64,000 bases of DNA from an uncultured Clostridia bacterium (GCA_947588325.1 CANPYH010000001.1:20952-84951), one strand, 5' to 3'; shown: positions 28,904 through 39,036, counted from the stretch's first letter. Translations and numbers: made by a program. Notes: generated by a model not told the origin, from the sequence alone.

Positions 28904-31467
28904 AACTGCCCGGCGCTTCACAAATGATAAACCAATACCTTGAAATCAAGGATCAGAACCCGGGGTGTCTGTTATTTTTCAGGTTAGGCGACTTCTACGA
29001 GCTGTTTTTCGATGACGCGGTAACGGCGAGTAAGGAGCTGGATCTCGTGCTTACGGGCAAACAATGCGGACTTCCCGAGCGCGCTCCCATGTGCGGCATA
29101 CCATATCATGCTGCCGACTCTTACATAGCAAAGCTGATAGACAGGGGATATAAAGTAGCCGTTTGCGAGCAGATGGAAATACCCAAGAAAGGGCTTGCAA
29201 AAAGGGAGATAGTGCGCGTGGTTACGCCCGGAACTGTTACAGACGGGGAAATGCTCGCGCCGGGGAAGAATAACTACCTTCTTTCCGTCTGCCTCGAGGG
29301 GAATAAAGCGGGCGTATGCTGGGCGGATATCTCCACGGGCGAGTTCAACCGCGCCACGATAGACGCGCAGGTTCCCCTTCGGCTTAACGATCTCCTCGCG
29401 CGAATTGCGCCGTCGGAGATTATTTGCAATGCGGATATGAAGAAAGAGAGTGCAAATCTCTCACTCGTTAAATACGGCGGAGTTTGCGAGTTTCAGCTCT
29501 TCGACGCGACATACTTTGATCTCGCGAGCGCCGAGAAGATAATCAAAGAGATGTGCAAAGCTTCTGCCGAAATACTTCTTGAGGACGACGTGTGCAAAAA
29601 GGCTTGCGGCGCGCTCCTGATCTATGTTCGCCAAACTCAGAAATTACCCCTTCGCTATATCCGCACTGCCGAGAACAACGAAAAGGTGATGACGTTGGAC
29701 AGCAACGCCATGCGGACTTTGGAAATTCTCAAGTGCGCGGACGGTAAGGAGCGCGGTTCGGTCGCCTCCGCTATCGATATGACTAAAACGGGCATGGGCT
29801 CGCGACTTATTAAGAAATGGCTATCTGCGCCGAGCAACGACGAGAAGATTATAAACATTCGGCTTAACGGCGTTGAGGAGCTTGTGAATAACGGCATACT
29901 TCGCGGCGAGTTAAGGAATTGCCTTTCGGACGTCTTTGACATAGAGAGGTTGGGGACGAGGCTGTCATACGGCGACATAAAACCGAGGTCGTGTCTGTCT
30001 CTCGCAAAGTCGCTGTCCAATCTTCCGAAAATCAAGGAGTTGCTCTCCTCATGCACTTCGGATATACTTAAAGGGCTGGGACGTTCCATAGACCCGCTCA
30101 CCGACGTAGCGGCTACGCTGACTGCCGCGATAAGTCAGGACGCTCCCGTGCGCTCGTCGGACGGCGGTATATTTAACAGCGGCTACAACGCCGAACTCGA
30201 CTCTTACAGGGATATCTCCGCCAACTCCAAAACCATACTTGCGCAGATAGAGGCGCAGCAAAAGGAAGAGACGGGCATTAAAAACCTTCGCGTGGGGTAT
30301 AACGGCGTGTTCGGATATTTTATCGAAGTCCCCAAATCGCAGGTGGATAAAGTCCCTTACTACTATGTGCGTAAGCAAACGACGGTTAACTCCGAGAGGT
30401 ACATAACCGAGGAGCTTAAAACGGTCGAGGATAAAATACTCCATGCCGACGAGCGCGCGCTTACCCTCGAGCAGGACCTTTACAAATCGCTTATCGACGC
30501 ATTGTCGAAGCAGTCGGAGCGCGTAATCAACACCGCGACCGCGATCGCACAGGCGGACGTACTGGCTTCCAATGCGGAAGTGGCGGCTAAATACAACTAC
30601 ACAAAGCCGGTGATAGGCGAGTTGGTCGAGGCTATCGATATCAAAGAGGGACGGCACCTTATCGTCGAGCGCATGAACGGTATATCGTTTGTGCCCAACG
30701 ACACCTTCCTCAACGGCGGGGATAGCCGCATAATGATTATAACGGGACCGAATATGGCGGGGAAGAGCATATATATGCGCCAGGTCGCTATAATAGTTAT
30801 CCTCATGGGCTGTTTCGTTCCAGCGTCGTCTGCGCGCATATCGATAGTGGATAAGCTGTTCACTCGTGTCGGGGCGAGCGACGACCTCCATACGGGGCGC
30901 AGCACCTTTATGGTCGAGATGAGCGAAGTCTCGTATATTCTCGGCAATGCGACGGATAAGAGCCTCGTTTTGCTCGACGAGGTTGGCAGAGGCACGGCGA
31001 CATACGACGGACTTTCTATAGCTTGGGCTGTCATCGAATATCTCGCGAATAATTATAAGGCGAACGTCATGTTCTCCACGCACTATCACGAGCTGACCGA
31101 CCTTGAAGGCGTACTCGACGGCGTTAAAAACTACAAAATAGCGGTTAAAGAGCTGTCGGACGGAATAGTGTTCCTGCACAAAATGCTCCGTGGCAGCGCA
31201 AACCGCAGCTTCGGTATAGAAGTTGCGGGTCTGTCGGGACTTCCCGCACCCGTACTCACGCGTGCGAAAGAGCTGCTTAAACAGCTGGAAAAGCTCAATA
31301 TTGCCCGTCAGCAGTCGTCGGCTTATCAGCAAGTCTCGATGTTTAATACCGATGTGTCCAACGAGATAGTCAAGATATTGCGCGAGCTCGATCCCGACGA
31401 TATAAGTCCCCGCGCGGCTTACGATATACTTATGGACCTCAAGGAGAAAGCGGAGGTGGATAAATGA
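28900..31467 (+). CDS. mutS: DNA mismatch repair protein MutS
   Basis: QYLEIK, FFRLGDFYELF and GPNMAGKS motifs. ATGA overlap with miaB. Confidence 0.95.
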   Translation: MKLPGASQMINQYLEIKDQNPGCLLFFRLGDFYELFFDDAVTASKELDLVLTGKQCGLPERAPMCGIPYHAADSYIAKLIDRGYKVAVCEQMEIPKKGLAKREIVRVVTPGTVTDGEMLAPGKNNYLLSVCLEGNKAGVCWADISTGEFNRATIDAQVPLRLNDLLARIAPSEIICNADMKKESANLSLVKYGGVCEFQLFDATYFDLASAEKIIKEMCKASAEILLEDDVCKKACGALLIYVRQTQKLPLRYIRTAENNEKVMTLDSNAMRTLEILKCADGKERGSVASAIDMTKTGMGSRLIKKWLSAPSNDEKIINIRLNGVEELVNNGILRGELRNCLSDVFDIERLGTRLSYGDIKPRSCLSLAKSLSNLPKIKELLSSCTSDILKGLGRSIDPLTDVAATLTAAISQDAPVRSSDGGIFNSGYNAELDSYRDISANSKTILAQIEAQQKEETGIKNLRVGYNGVFGYFIEVPKSQVDKVPYYYVRKQTTVNSERYITEELKTVEDKILHADERALTLEQDLYKSLIDALSKQSERVINTATAIAQADVLASNAEVAAKYNYTKPVIGELVEAIDIKEGRHLIVERMNGISFVPNDTFLNGGDSRIMIITGPNMAGKSIYMRQVAIIVILMGCFVPASSARISIVDKLFTRVGASDDLHTGRSTFMVEMSEVSYILGNATDKSLVLLDEVGRGTATYDGLSIAWAVIEYLANNYKANVMFSTHYHELTDLEGVLDGVKNYKIAVKELSDGIVFLHKMLRGSANRSFGIEVAGLSGLPAPVLTRAKELLKQLEKLNIARQQSSAYQQVSMFNTDVSNEIVKILRELDPDDISPRAAYDILMDLKEKAEVDK

Positions 31468-33341
31468 GAATAAATGTGCTCGACAGCTCCGTATTCAACA
31501 GGATCGCGGCGGGCGAAGTCGTGGACAGACCCGCTTCCGTCGCCAAAGAGCTCGTCGAAAACGCCATAGACAGCGGCGCTACGGCTATATCCGTTTTCGT
31601 GGACAAGGGCGGACGATATATCAGAGTGACCGATAACGGCTGCGGCATAGCGGCAGAGGACGTAAAAACCGCATTTCTTCCGCATGCTACAAGCAAGATC
31701 AGGGAGATATCCGACCTTGACGCAATAAGCACATTGGGTTTCAGGGGAGAGGCGCTGCCGAGTATTGCTTCCGTCGCAAAAGTCACTATGCTGACCAAAC
31801 GTCCCGAGGACGAACTCGGTACGGAATATATTATCGAGAACGGCAAGGAAATCGGCTTTACCGAAAAGGGTGCGCCTAACGGCACAACCGTCACAGTTGA
31901 TGAACTCTTCGCCAACGTGCCCGCGAGGCTGAAATTCATGCGGTCGGACAGGAGCGAGGAGGGAGATATAACCTCGCTATTGCAGCGGCTCGCAATTGCC
32001 AACTACAACGTATCGTTCTCTTTTTCGGCTCGGGGCAAAGAGGTTTTCTCGACGAGCGGAAAAGGGCTTAAGGAGGCGATTTATGCCATCTACGGTATGA
32101 ATTTCCTCGAAGAAACGCAATTTATAAGCAGTTCTATGTCTGACATAGCACTATTTGGGTATATTAACAAGCCGACGTTTTCCAAGCACAATCGCTCATA
32201 TCAGACGCTTATAGTGAACGGCAGGTATGTCGTCAACTCGGATATTTCCTTCTGGATATACAATTGCTTTTCGAACTTTCTGATGAAGCGGCAATATCCC
32301 GCATACGTCCTCTTCCTTAACCTACCGAACGATATGGTGGATATCAATGTTCACCCGAGCAAAATGGAAGTTAAGTTTGTCGACTTCGGGATAATACGCA
32401 AAATGCTGTCATCGGCAATTTCGGAGGCGTTGAAAGAGTCGGCGCATACCCCGAGCGAGATTGCGCTCGGCGGTCGGGAAGAAAGCTCTCATGAGGCGTA
32501 TTTCGGCGGCAGTTCTCCCGCGGGTGGAACGAAGTCGGAAGTTGCAAATAAAGATGGGGAGATTCTTAAACCTCCGCCCATCGGGCTTGATGATGTATTC
32601 CCGGATATTTCCTTTGCGGGATCTTCCGTCCTGAATGACAGCGCCTTTTCTTCGCCGACAAACGTTCCGAGAATATCGGTAGATCCGCCGAAGGAAAGAC
32701 AGTTCGGAATTTTGCACGACGTTATCGAGGATGTAAGCGGGCAAAAAGCAACCCCCAAGCTCAGACTTTCGGAATATAAGTATATCGGCAAAATGTTCGA
32801 TACTTATCTAATGCTTGAAAAGGGCGACGAAGTATTGATAATAGACCAGCACGCCGCGCACGAGCGCATTTTGTATGACAGCCTGTCCGAGAGCGTGGAA
32901 AAGGGCGCGGATACCGTCCAGACTCTGCTTGTTCCATATATATTCGATGTCGGTCCGCGCGATTCGGTCCTGATTGACGAGAATATCGACGAGATAACCT
33001 CGCTCGGGTTCGCACTTAACCGACTTTCGGGACAGACTTATTCTCTGTCCGCACTGCCGCTTCTTCTCAGCGGCGCGGGTTTGGGGGATCTCGTCTCGTC
33101 CATGATTGACGCGCTCAAAACCTGCAGATTGAGCAAAAAGACTTTTCTCAAAGAACAGCTTATGCAGAGCGCGTGTAAAGCGGCCGTTAAGGGCAGAATG
33201 GATCTTTCTGATGGCGAAATTAAGAAATTACTTCAAACGATTGAAGAGAAAAATATCGAACTGCTTTGTCCGCACGGCAGACCTATTGCGGTTAAACTTA
33301 AAGAAACGGAAGTGGAAAAATGGTTCAAAAGAATCGTGTGA
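31464..33341 (+). CDS. mutL: DNA mismatch repair endonuclease MutL
   Basis: IAAGEVV.RPASV.KELVENAIDSGA and FRGEAL motifs, with the CPHGRP C-terminal motif. Confidence 0.95.
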   Translation: MRINVLDSSVFNRIAAGEVVDRPASVAKELVENAIDSGATAISVFVDKGGRYIRVTDNGCGIAAEDVKTAFLPHATSKIREISDLDAISTLGFRGEALPSIASVAKVTMLTKRPEDELGTEYIIENGKEIGFTEKGAPNGTTVTVDELFANVPARLKFMRSDRSEEGDITSLLQRLAIANYNVSFSFSARGKEVFSTSGKGLKEAIYAIYGMNFLEETQFISSSMSDIALFGYINKPTFSKHNRSYQTLIVNGRYVVNSDISFWIYNCFSNFLMKRQYPAYVLFLNLPNDMVDINVHPSKMEVKFVDFGIIRKMLSSAISEALKESAHTPSEIALGGREESSHEAYFGGSSPAGGTKSEVANKDGEILKPPPIGLDDVFPDISFAGSSVLNDSAFSSPTNVPRISVDPPKERQFGILHDVIEDVSGQKATPKLRLSEYKYIGKMFDTYLMLEKGDEVLIIDQHAAHERILYDSLSESVEKGADTVQTLLVPYIFDVGPRDSVLIDENIDEITSLGFALNRLSGQTYSLSALPLLLSGAGLGDLVSSMIDALKTCRLSKKTFLKEQLMQSACKAAVKGRMDLSDGEIKKLLQTIEEKNIELLCPHGRPIAVKLKETEVEKWFKRIV

Positions 33342-34285
33342 AAAAGCACGCAAAATATGATATCCCAAGAGATGACTCGAAGTTGCGATTTATTGCTATC
33401 GGCGGACCGACATGTATCGGTAAATCGGCTTATGCGATCAAACTTGCAAAGAAGTATAACGGCGAGATTATAAGCGCTGACTCCGTGCAGATATACAAGA
33501 AATTGAATATCGGCTCGGGCAAGGTTACGGAAGAGGAAATGCAGGGTATCCCGCACCACCTGTTGGACATAATTATGCCTAACCAAACTATCACGATCGC
33601 CGATTTCGCCGACATGGCAAGGAAATGTATTAAGGAAATTATCTCGCGCGGGAAATTGCCTATAGTCGTCGGCGGGACCGGCTTGTATATCGACGCGCTT
33701 CTTAACGATTATTCTTGCGGGGATAGCGCGCCCAATTACGATATTCGCGAGAGAATGACCTCGGTGCAGGAAGTATTCCTTGAAGATTATATGAAAAGCT
33801 CGCTGGACTCCCTCGATGACGAATCGATATTGAATAAGAAGGACGCGCCGCGCCTCGAACGCGAGATCGAGCAGTGGTTGGACGGCAGCGCTTTCGACCT
33901 TTCTGACGAATCGGACTGCTATGAAGAGCCTTATGACGCGCTGTTATTGTTCCTTGACAATGACAGAAATTTAATCGACGAGCTTGCGGAAAAACGCATA
34001 TATTACATGCTCGATCACGGTCTGATTGAGGAAGTCAGGAAACTTCGCGCGTATTGGAATTATAAGAGCATGAACAGCAGCGTCGGCTACCGTGACGTAA
34101 TAACGGGTCTTAAGCACAGAGCGGATAAGCAGACAATCGCCGACATGATGATGGATAGTTATCACGCGCTGATTAAAAAACAGCAAATGTTTTTCAATAG
34201 TATAAGATGGGGGAATAAGGCGCATATTGTGGACGGAGATTTCAAAAAAGCCGATGTGGCGGTAAGGGAGTTTATGGGTCGATGA
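33320..34285 (+). CDS. miaA: tRNA dimethylallyltransferase
   Basis: IGGPT..GKS P-loop, SADSVQIYK and GIPHHL motifs. Has an acidic central insertion relative to what I remember of typical MiaA. Confidence 0.85.
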   Translation: MVQKNRVKKHAKYDIPRDDSKLRFIAIGGPTCIGKSAYAIKLAKKYNGEIISADSVQIYKKLNIGSGKVTEEEMQGIPHHLLDIIMPNQTITIADFADMARKCIKEIISRGKLPIVVGGTGLYIDALLNDYSCGDSAPNYDIRERMTSVQEVFLEDYMKSSLDSLDDESILNKKDAPRLEREIEQWLDGSAFDLSDESDCYEEPYDALLLFLDNDRNLIDELAEKRIYYMLDHGLIEEVRKLRAYWNYKSMNSSVGYRDVITGLKHRADKQTIADMMMDSYHALIKKQQMFFNSIRWGNKAHIVDGDFKKADVAVREFMGR

Positions 34286-35490
34286 ACAACGAATTAATAG
34301 CCGAGGCGGAGAGGGAATACTCAAAAGACTTCGCCGAAATAGATAAGACGGCTCTTTCTAACCAGCAAAAGGTTCTCGACGCATTCAGGGATTGTCGCGT
34401 TTCATCGAGACACTTCGCGCCTTCGACGGGTTATGGGTACGGCGACGACGGGCGGGATAAACTCTCCGAAGTATTTGCCGCCGTTTTTCGCACGGAAGCG
34501 GCATTGACTTCCGCACACTTCGCGTCGGGTACACATACGATTTCTTGCGCATTATTTGGCATTTTGCGCCCAAATGATAGGGTATTATGTCTGTCAGGGT
34601 ATCCTTATGACACGCTTCGAGGCGTTATCTTCGGCGAGGGCAACGGCTCCCTTAAAGACTTCGGAATAACTTTTGACGTAGCCGAACTGTCGGGCGGCAA
34701 GCTCGATTACGAGCTTATCGAGAGTAAACTTCGCTCCCGCCCGTACTCGGCACTCTATTTCCAGCGCAGCCCCGGATATGAGCGAAGGAAGGGCTTTTCG
34801 ATTGAAGAAATAGCGGATATAATATCCTTCGTCCGCAAGTTTACCGACGCTCCGTTTATTGTCGATAATTGCTACGGTGAGTTTGCCGAGACGCGTGAGC
34901 CGAGTGAAGTGGGCGCGGATCTGATTATCGGCTCTCTCATCAAAAATCCCGGAGGGTCTCTCGCTCCCACAGGCGGATATGTCGCGGGAAAGAGGGAGCT
35001 GGTCGATAAGGTGGCGGCAAGCCTCACGGCACCCGGGCTCGGCGCGGAAATAGGCTCCTACGAGCATTCGTACAGGAACTTTTATCAGGGACTGTTTATC
35101 GCTCCGCACGTCGTTGCGCAGGCGAGAAAGGGCGGACTGTTGATAGCCGCCGTGCTGGAGAGGTTGGGTTATACCGTCTTTCCGTCCGCTGCAGAACGCT
35201 GCGGAGATATTGTCAGGGTTATCGACTTCAACGACAAAGAGAAGATGTTGCGGTTTTGCCGCGCCTTGCAAGAGGCGTCGCCGATAGACAGCTTTGCGCG
35301 TCCCGACCCTTGGGACATGCCCGGGTATGAGGATCAAGTCATTATGGCTGCAGGCACCTTTGTTCAAGGCTCGTCAATCGAGTTGAGCGCGGACGCTCCC
35401 GTGCGCCCTCCGTACTCGCTTTACGTCCAGGGCGGCATCACTTACGAGCATACGAAAATCGCTCTCGAACGCTGTTTACAGGCGTTATAA
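34282..35490 (+). CDS. YnbB-type PLP-dependent methionine gamma-lyase family protein (aluminium-resistance protein family)
   Basis: Typical position downstream of miaA in Firmicutes. GYGYGD.GRD and SLIKNPGG motifs. Confidence 0.7.
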   Translation: MNNELIAEAEREYSKDFAEIDKTALSNQQKVLDAFRDCRVSSRHFAPSTGYGYGDDGRDKLSEVFAAVFRTEAALTSAHFASGTHTISCALFGILRPNDRVLCLSGYPYDTLRGVIFGEGNGSLKDFGITFDVAELSGGKLDYELIESKLRSRPYSALYFQRSPGYERRKGFSIEEIADIISFVRKFTDAPFIVDNCYGEFAETREPSEVGADLIIGSLIKNPGGSLAPTGGYVAGKRELVDKVAASLTAPGLGAEIGSYEHSYRNFYQGLFIAPHVVAQARKGGLLIAAVLERLGYTVFPSAAERCGDIVRVIDFNDKEKMLRFCRALQEASPIDSFARPDPWDMPGYEDQVIMAAGTFVQGSSIELSADAPVRPPYSLYVQGGITYEHTKIALERCLQAL

Positions 35491-35620
35491 ACCCGCAAAA
35501 TCGCGTGGGTAATAACTTGCCGAATATTGTTGATAAAATGTGCATAACTCGCCAAGTGATTTTTTTTACGGTTATATTTTGTTAACCGATTCTTTCCGTC
35601 AAAACCGCTATAAGTAAAGG

Positions 35621-35650
35621 AAAGAGCCGCGCAATTAGCGGCTCTTTTGG
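35621..35650. terminator. hairpin terminator between convergent ynbB-like and PadR-fusion genes
   Basis: AAAGAGCCGC-N7-GCGGCTCTTT. Confidence 0.65.
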
Positions 35651-35707
35651 TATATTTTGGTATATATCGGTAAATGATTTTGCGGATTTCTCCGCACTCG
35701 GGCATAA

Positions 35708-37510
35708 TCAGTCGGTTACGGCGAACTTACCCGAGTCGTATAAACTCTTAAACAAAAGGGACGAAAGCGGCACGTTAGTTGCCATAAGCGCGGGAGTTAT
35801 CAGACTAAACAGGTGATATACGTCGAAGGCAACGTCCATCATGAACACAACGTTTCCCGTGTAGACCAGCACGAAGAGCAGGAACATGATACCCGTTCTG
35901 TATAGCAGAGAGGTCTTCATGTTATAGTTATATCTCTTCCGTTTATACGGGTCGTTTAAGAAAGCGATTGCCGAGTAGACGGGGAACACAGCCGCAAATA
36001 CCACGAAAACTATTAGGAAGGGAAGTTCGCCCCAAATATGCAAATGCGCGCCGAACTTGATAATCAGGTAAGGAATCAATATTTCGAGCAGCATTATCGC
36101 AAACAGTATGCCGTATTTATAGAGAGCGAGCTTATTGGAGTAGTATTGATACACGTTGCTATACGCCTTCTGAGTCTCGGAATTATGCGTTCTTATACGC
36201 ACGTCGTCGCCCATACTGCGCACAGCCATAGTCAGCTCGTCGAAATTAACTTTATCGCGCTTCTCGCCGTCGGCGGGCTTTGCTGCGTCTCCGAGATATT
36301 TTGCCGCCTTTTCCTTCCTTATAGGTTCGGCGTACTCGTCATATTTAGCCTCTTTTGCGGCAAAACGCGAACTGAAATCAGAGGGCGGTTCCGCTGTTAC
36401 AGGCGCAACGGGAGAGGGCACAGGTTCAGACGGGGGAGGCGCGGGAGTGGGCGGTACATAATACGCGCTCTCGTCCTCGCTCGCAAGCATTGCGGCGTAC
36501 TCCTCGTTAGTCTTACCGTCCAGTAGCTCCCGAATGACTTTCCGATATTCTCTGTTGACGGTTATTTCGCGCTCTGCGGTCTCCGAAAGAGTGGGATCGT
36601 TGTAGCTACGGAATATCGAGCGCTCGCTTCCGTCGGTGTATGTATATGCGGGCGGTTCTACCGTGCTGATATCCCTGCCGTCCTTGACATATGCCGAGGC
36701 GTCGTCCTCTTCGTCGAAATCTTCGCTGTAATCTTCGGCAAAGAGAGAGGAGCTGAACATATTACTATCGTCGTCGGGAACGCTCTCGTCCGATTGTTTG
36801 TCGGCGTAGCAATAGCCTTGCACGAGGGCGTCGGAATATGTATCGACCGCGTCGTTACGCGTCATCGCTTCGGCTTCCGCACTCGCAATAACGTCGGCAT
36901 ATGCGTCGTTCATTGCCTCGGGTTCGGCAACGGCTTCAGTAACGTCGGAAGTATCGACTGCCGCAACTTCCTCGTCGATCTCTTCTTCGGGCGCTTCTTC
37001 GGGCTCTTTCTCTGTTTCTTTCTCGGATTCGGCTTGAAGAGCAAGCTCTTCCTCGTATTCCTCTTCGTCGACGAGATCTATCTCTTCGCCGTCGGGAATT
37101 TCGGTTACTTCCGCTTCGGCTATGCGGTCTCTCTTTTGCTCGGTAGGGGGAGCGGGGATGTAGCCGTCGGGTGTATCTATCAGTTTATTTATGACTTCGC
37201 GCGAATAGACCCAGTCGTCTTTGTTCTTGCGGAAGAGCTCTTTGCCCATTTCCGTCAAGGAATAATATGTGCGGCGACCTCCGTTAGTCTCCGTACCCCA
37301 ATATTTGTATATAAAGCCTTGTGATTCCAGCCTTTTAAGACAGCTGTAAAGAGTGGGCTGTTTCAGCGCATACTCGCCGCCGCTCTTTTTCTCTATTTCG
37401 CCGAGAATATCATAACCGTAGCGATCTCCGTCGTGGAGAACGCTGAGAATTATCGTATCGATATGTCCGCGAATTAAGTCGCTGTGGATGGAGCTCATCA
37501 TTACGCGCAT
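35708..37510 (-). CDS. PadR-family winged-helix domain fused to a long acidic linker and a C-terminal 4-TM domain
   Basis: N-terminus GHIDTIILSVL..GDRYGYDI...LKQPTLYSCLKRLE..G is PadR-like. It is followed by ~350 aa of D/E/P-rich low-complexity sequence and then about 4 hydrophobic helices at the C-terminus. Confidence 0.75.
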   Translation of the reverse strand: MRVMMSSIHSDLIRGHIDTIILSVLHDGDRYGYDILGEIEKKSGGEYALKQPTLYSCLKRLESQGFIYKYWGTETNGGRRTYYSLTEMGKELFRKNKDDWVYSREVINKLIDTPDGYIPAPPTEQKRDRIAEAEVTEIPDGEEIDLVDEEEYEEELALQAESEKETEKEPEEAPEEEIDEEVAAVDTSDVTEAVAEPEAMNDAYADVIASAEAEAMTRNDAVDTYSDALVQGYCYADKQSDESVPDDDSNMFSSSLFAEDYSEDFDEEDDASAYVKDGRDISTVEPPAYTYTDGSERSIFRSYNDPTLSETAEREITVNREYRKVIRELLDGKTNEEYAAMLASEDESAYYVPPTPAPPPSEPVPSPVAPVTAEPPSDFSSRFAAKEAKYDEYAEPIRKEKAAKYLGDAAKPADGEKRDKVNFDELTMAVRSMGDDVRIRTHNSETQKAYSNVYQYYSNKLALYKYGILFAIMLLEILIPYLIIKFGAHLHIWGELPFLIVFVVFAAVFPVYSAIAFLNDPYKRKRYNYNMKTSLLYRTGIMFLLFVLVYTGNVVFMMDVAFDVYHLFSLITPALMATNVPLSSLLFKSLYDSGKFAVTD

Positions 37511-37573
37511 ATTATATCACACATAGTAAACCAATGTCAATAATAATACAAAAATTGCGCATATTGAAGAGGG

Positions 37574-37602
37574 TTGACTTTGCGGCAAAATTCGACTATA
37601 AT
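37574..37602 (+). promoter_or_regulatory. sigma-A-type promoter placed for a leaderless transcript
   Basis: TTGACT (37574-37579), 17 nt, TATAAT (37597-37602), then 6 nt to ATG 37609. No Shine-Dalgarno (SD) sequence. Confidence 0.5.
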
Positions 37603-37608
37603 TTTCTT

Positions 37609-38304
37609 ATGGACTACGATATAGTATATTCGGCGAGAAAGACGATAGCAATCAAGGTCAGCAACGGGAAAGTTACGGTGTGCGCACCGCTTGACGGTAA
37701 AAGGGGAAAATACGACAGGCTAATTCATGAGCTTCTCGAACAGAAGAGAGGTTGGATCGAAAAGAAGGTCAGAGAGCAAACGGAGCATATTCGCAGCTTG
37801 CTCCCCGGGTTGATCGATTTCAGCAAGTTCTACTTAAACGGAAGCGAGGCGACCATTGAACTTATCGGCGGAAAGCACATAATCGTGCATGAGCAGACAA
37901 TAGAAATGCCGCGCTCTTGCACCGAATCGCGCGAACTGTTTTGCGCCGCGCTTAAAATGGCGTACCGTGCCCACGCAGCGAAAATGCTTAAACCTGAGCT
38001 CGACGCTATTGCCGAACGGATTGGCGTGCGATATACCGCTTTCGGCGTCTCCGACGCGTCGACCAGGTGGGGGTGCTGTAACGACAGGGGCAGAATTTTG
38101 CTGAGTTGGCGGCTGATTATCTTGCGTAAAGAATTGCGCGAATACGTCATGATCCACGAACTGTGCCACCGCAAGCACCTCGACCACTCTCCGCGCTTTT
38201 GGTCTACGGTCGAGCAGTTCTGTCCCAATTACCGCCAATTGCTTGCCGAGCTTAACACCTACGTTTTCCTTAACAATTACCTCAAAGTAATACCGACACA
38301 ATAA
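37609..38304 (+). CDS. YgjP-like (DUF45 / M48-related) metal-dependent hydrolase
   Basis: RWGCC, then YVMIHELCHRKHLDHSPRFW (HExxH). I place the start at ATG 37609 (MDYDIVYSARKTIAIKV), typical of the family. Confidence 0.75.
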   Translation: MDYDIVYSARKTIAIKVSNGKVTVCAPLDGKRGKYDRLIHELLEQKRGWIEKKVREQTEHIRSLLPGLIDFSKFYLNGSEATIELIGGKHIIVHEQTIEMPRSCTESRELFCAALKMAYRAHAAKMLKPELDAIAERIGVRYTAFGVSDASTRWGCCNDRGRILLSWRLIILRKELREYVMIHELCHRKHLDHSPRFWSTVEQFCPNYRQLLAELNTYVFLNNYLKVIPTQ

Positions 38305-38499
38305 GGGTAGCGGAATTCTAACAAATTTAAAGCAATTATTTTCTTGTTCGCAATTTAGCCCTGTGTGGTTGGCATGTATTTATTGCGGACAGGAACAATT
38401 ATAATTATCGAATTTTTTCATAACGGAAATTTTTACAAAAATTCTATCTGCTATTAGGAAATTTTTTTGTCCGCTTTTTCATAAAAAAAATGAAAATGC

Positions 38500-38528
38500 T
38501 TGACAAGCCCCGATTAAATATGTATTAT
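38500..38528 (+). promoter_or_regulatory. consensus promoter upstream of tRNA-Tyr
   Basis: TTGACA (38500-38505), 17 nt, TATTAT (38523-38528), with an A-rich UP-like tract upstream. Confidence 0.6.
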
Positions 38529-38648
38529 AGTGTACGTGACGCAGCGACCTACCATTTAACCGCGTTTCACGCGCGTTTGTCGTTTCGAAAATGAGAGTGA
38601 CACTACATGTTGTAGGTTTAACTTCCATCACTTAACTAATTGAATTAT

Positions 38649-38733
<85 letters not shown>

Positions 38734-38736
38734 TAA

Positions 38737-38769
38737 GAATCCTAAAACGAATTTATCGTTTTAGGATTC
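38737..38769 (+). terminator. 14-bp perfect hairpin after tRNA-Tyr
   Basis: GAATCCTAAAACGA-ATTTA-TCGTTTTAGGATTC. No clear U-run. Confidence 0.45.
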
Positions 38770-38859
38770 GCGTGTTATTATAGGGTAAAGATACAGCAAA
38801 TCGGGTTGTCGGAAGTAAACTTGCGACAAGTTGAGTTGTAAGAAAATAGGAGGAAATTT

Positions 38860-39036
38860 TTGCAAGACAACGGTGAAGATAAAAAGAGTGGCGGAAAAAT
38901 AAAATTAAACGATTTGATTGGGCTCAATCCTGTCAAGGCAATTCAGCTGGAATGTAAAAATTGCAGGGAAGTCCGAACAGTTACAATGAAGGAATATGAA
39001 AGTATTTCGGAACTTCATTGTCCAAAATGTGAATAA
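38860..39036 (+). CDS. small zinc-ribbon protein (58 aa; below the ORF-track cut-off)
   Basis: AGGAGGAAATTT then TTG start. CKNC...28 aa...CPKC. Confidence 0.4.
   Translation: MQDNGEDKKSGGKIKLNDLIGLNPVKAIQLECKNCREVRTVTMKEYESISELHCPKCE

Noticed and set aside
33700-33960. Acidic insertion in MiaA as a possible inserted domain or intein
   Set aside because: It is short (~50-60 aa), low-complexity, without intein splice motifs, and in frame. It is most simply a lineage-specific loop.
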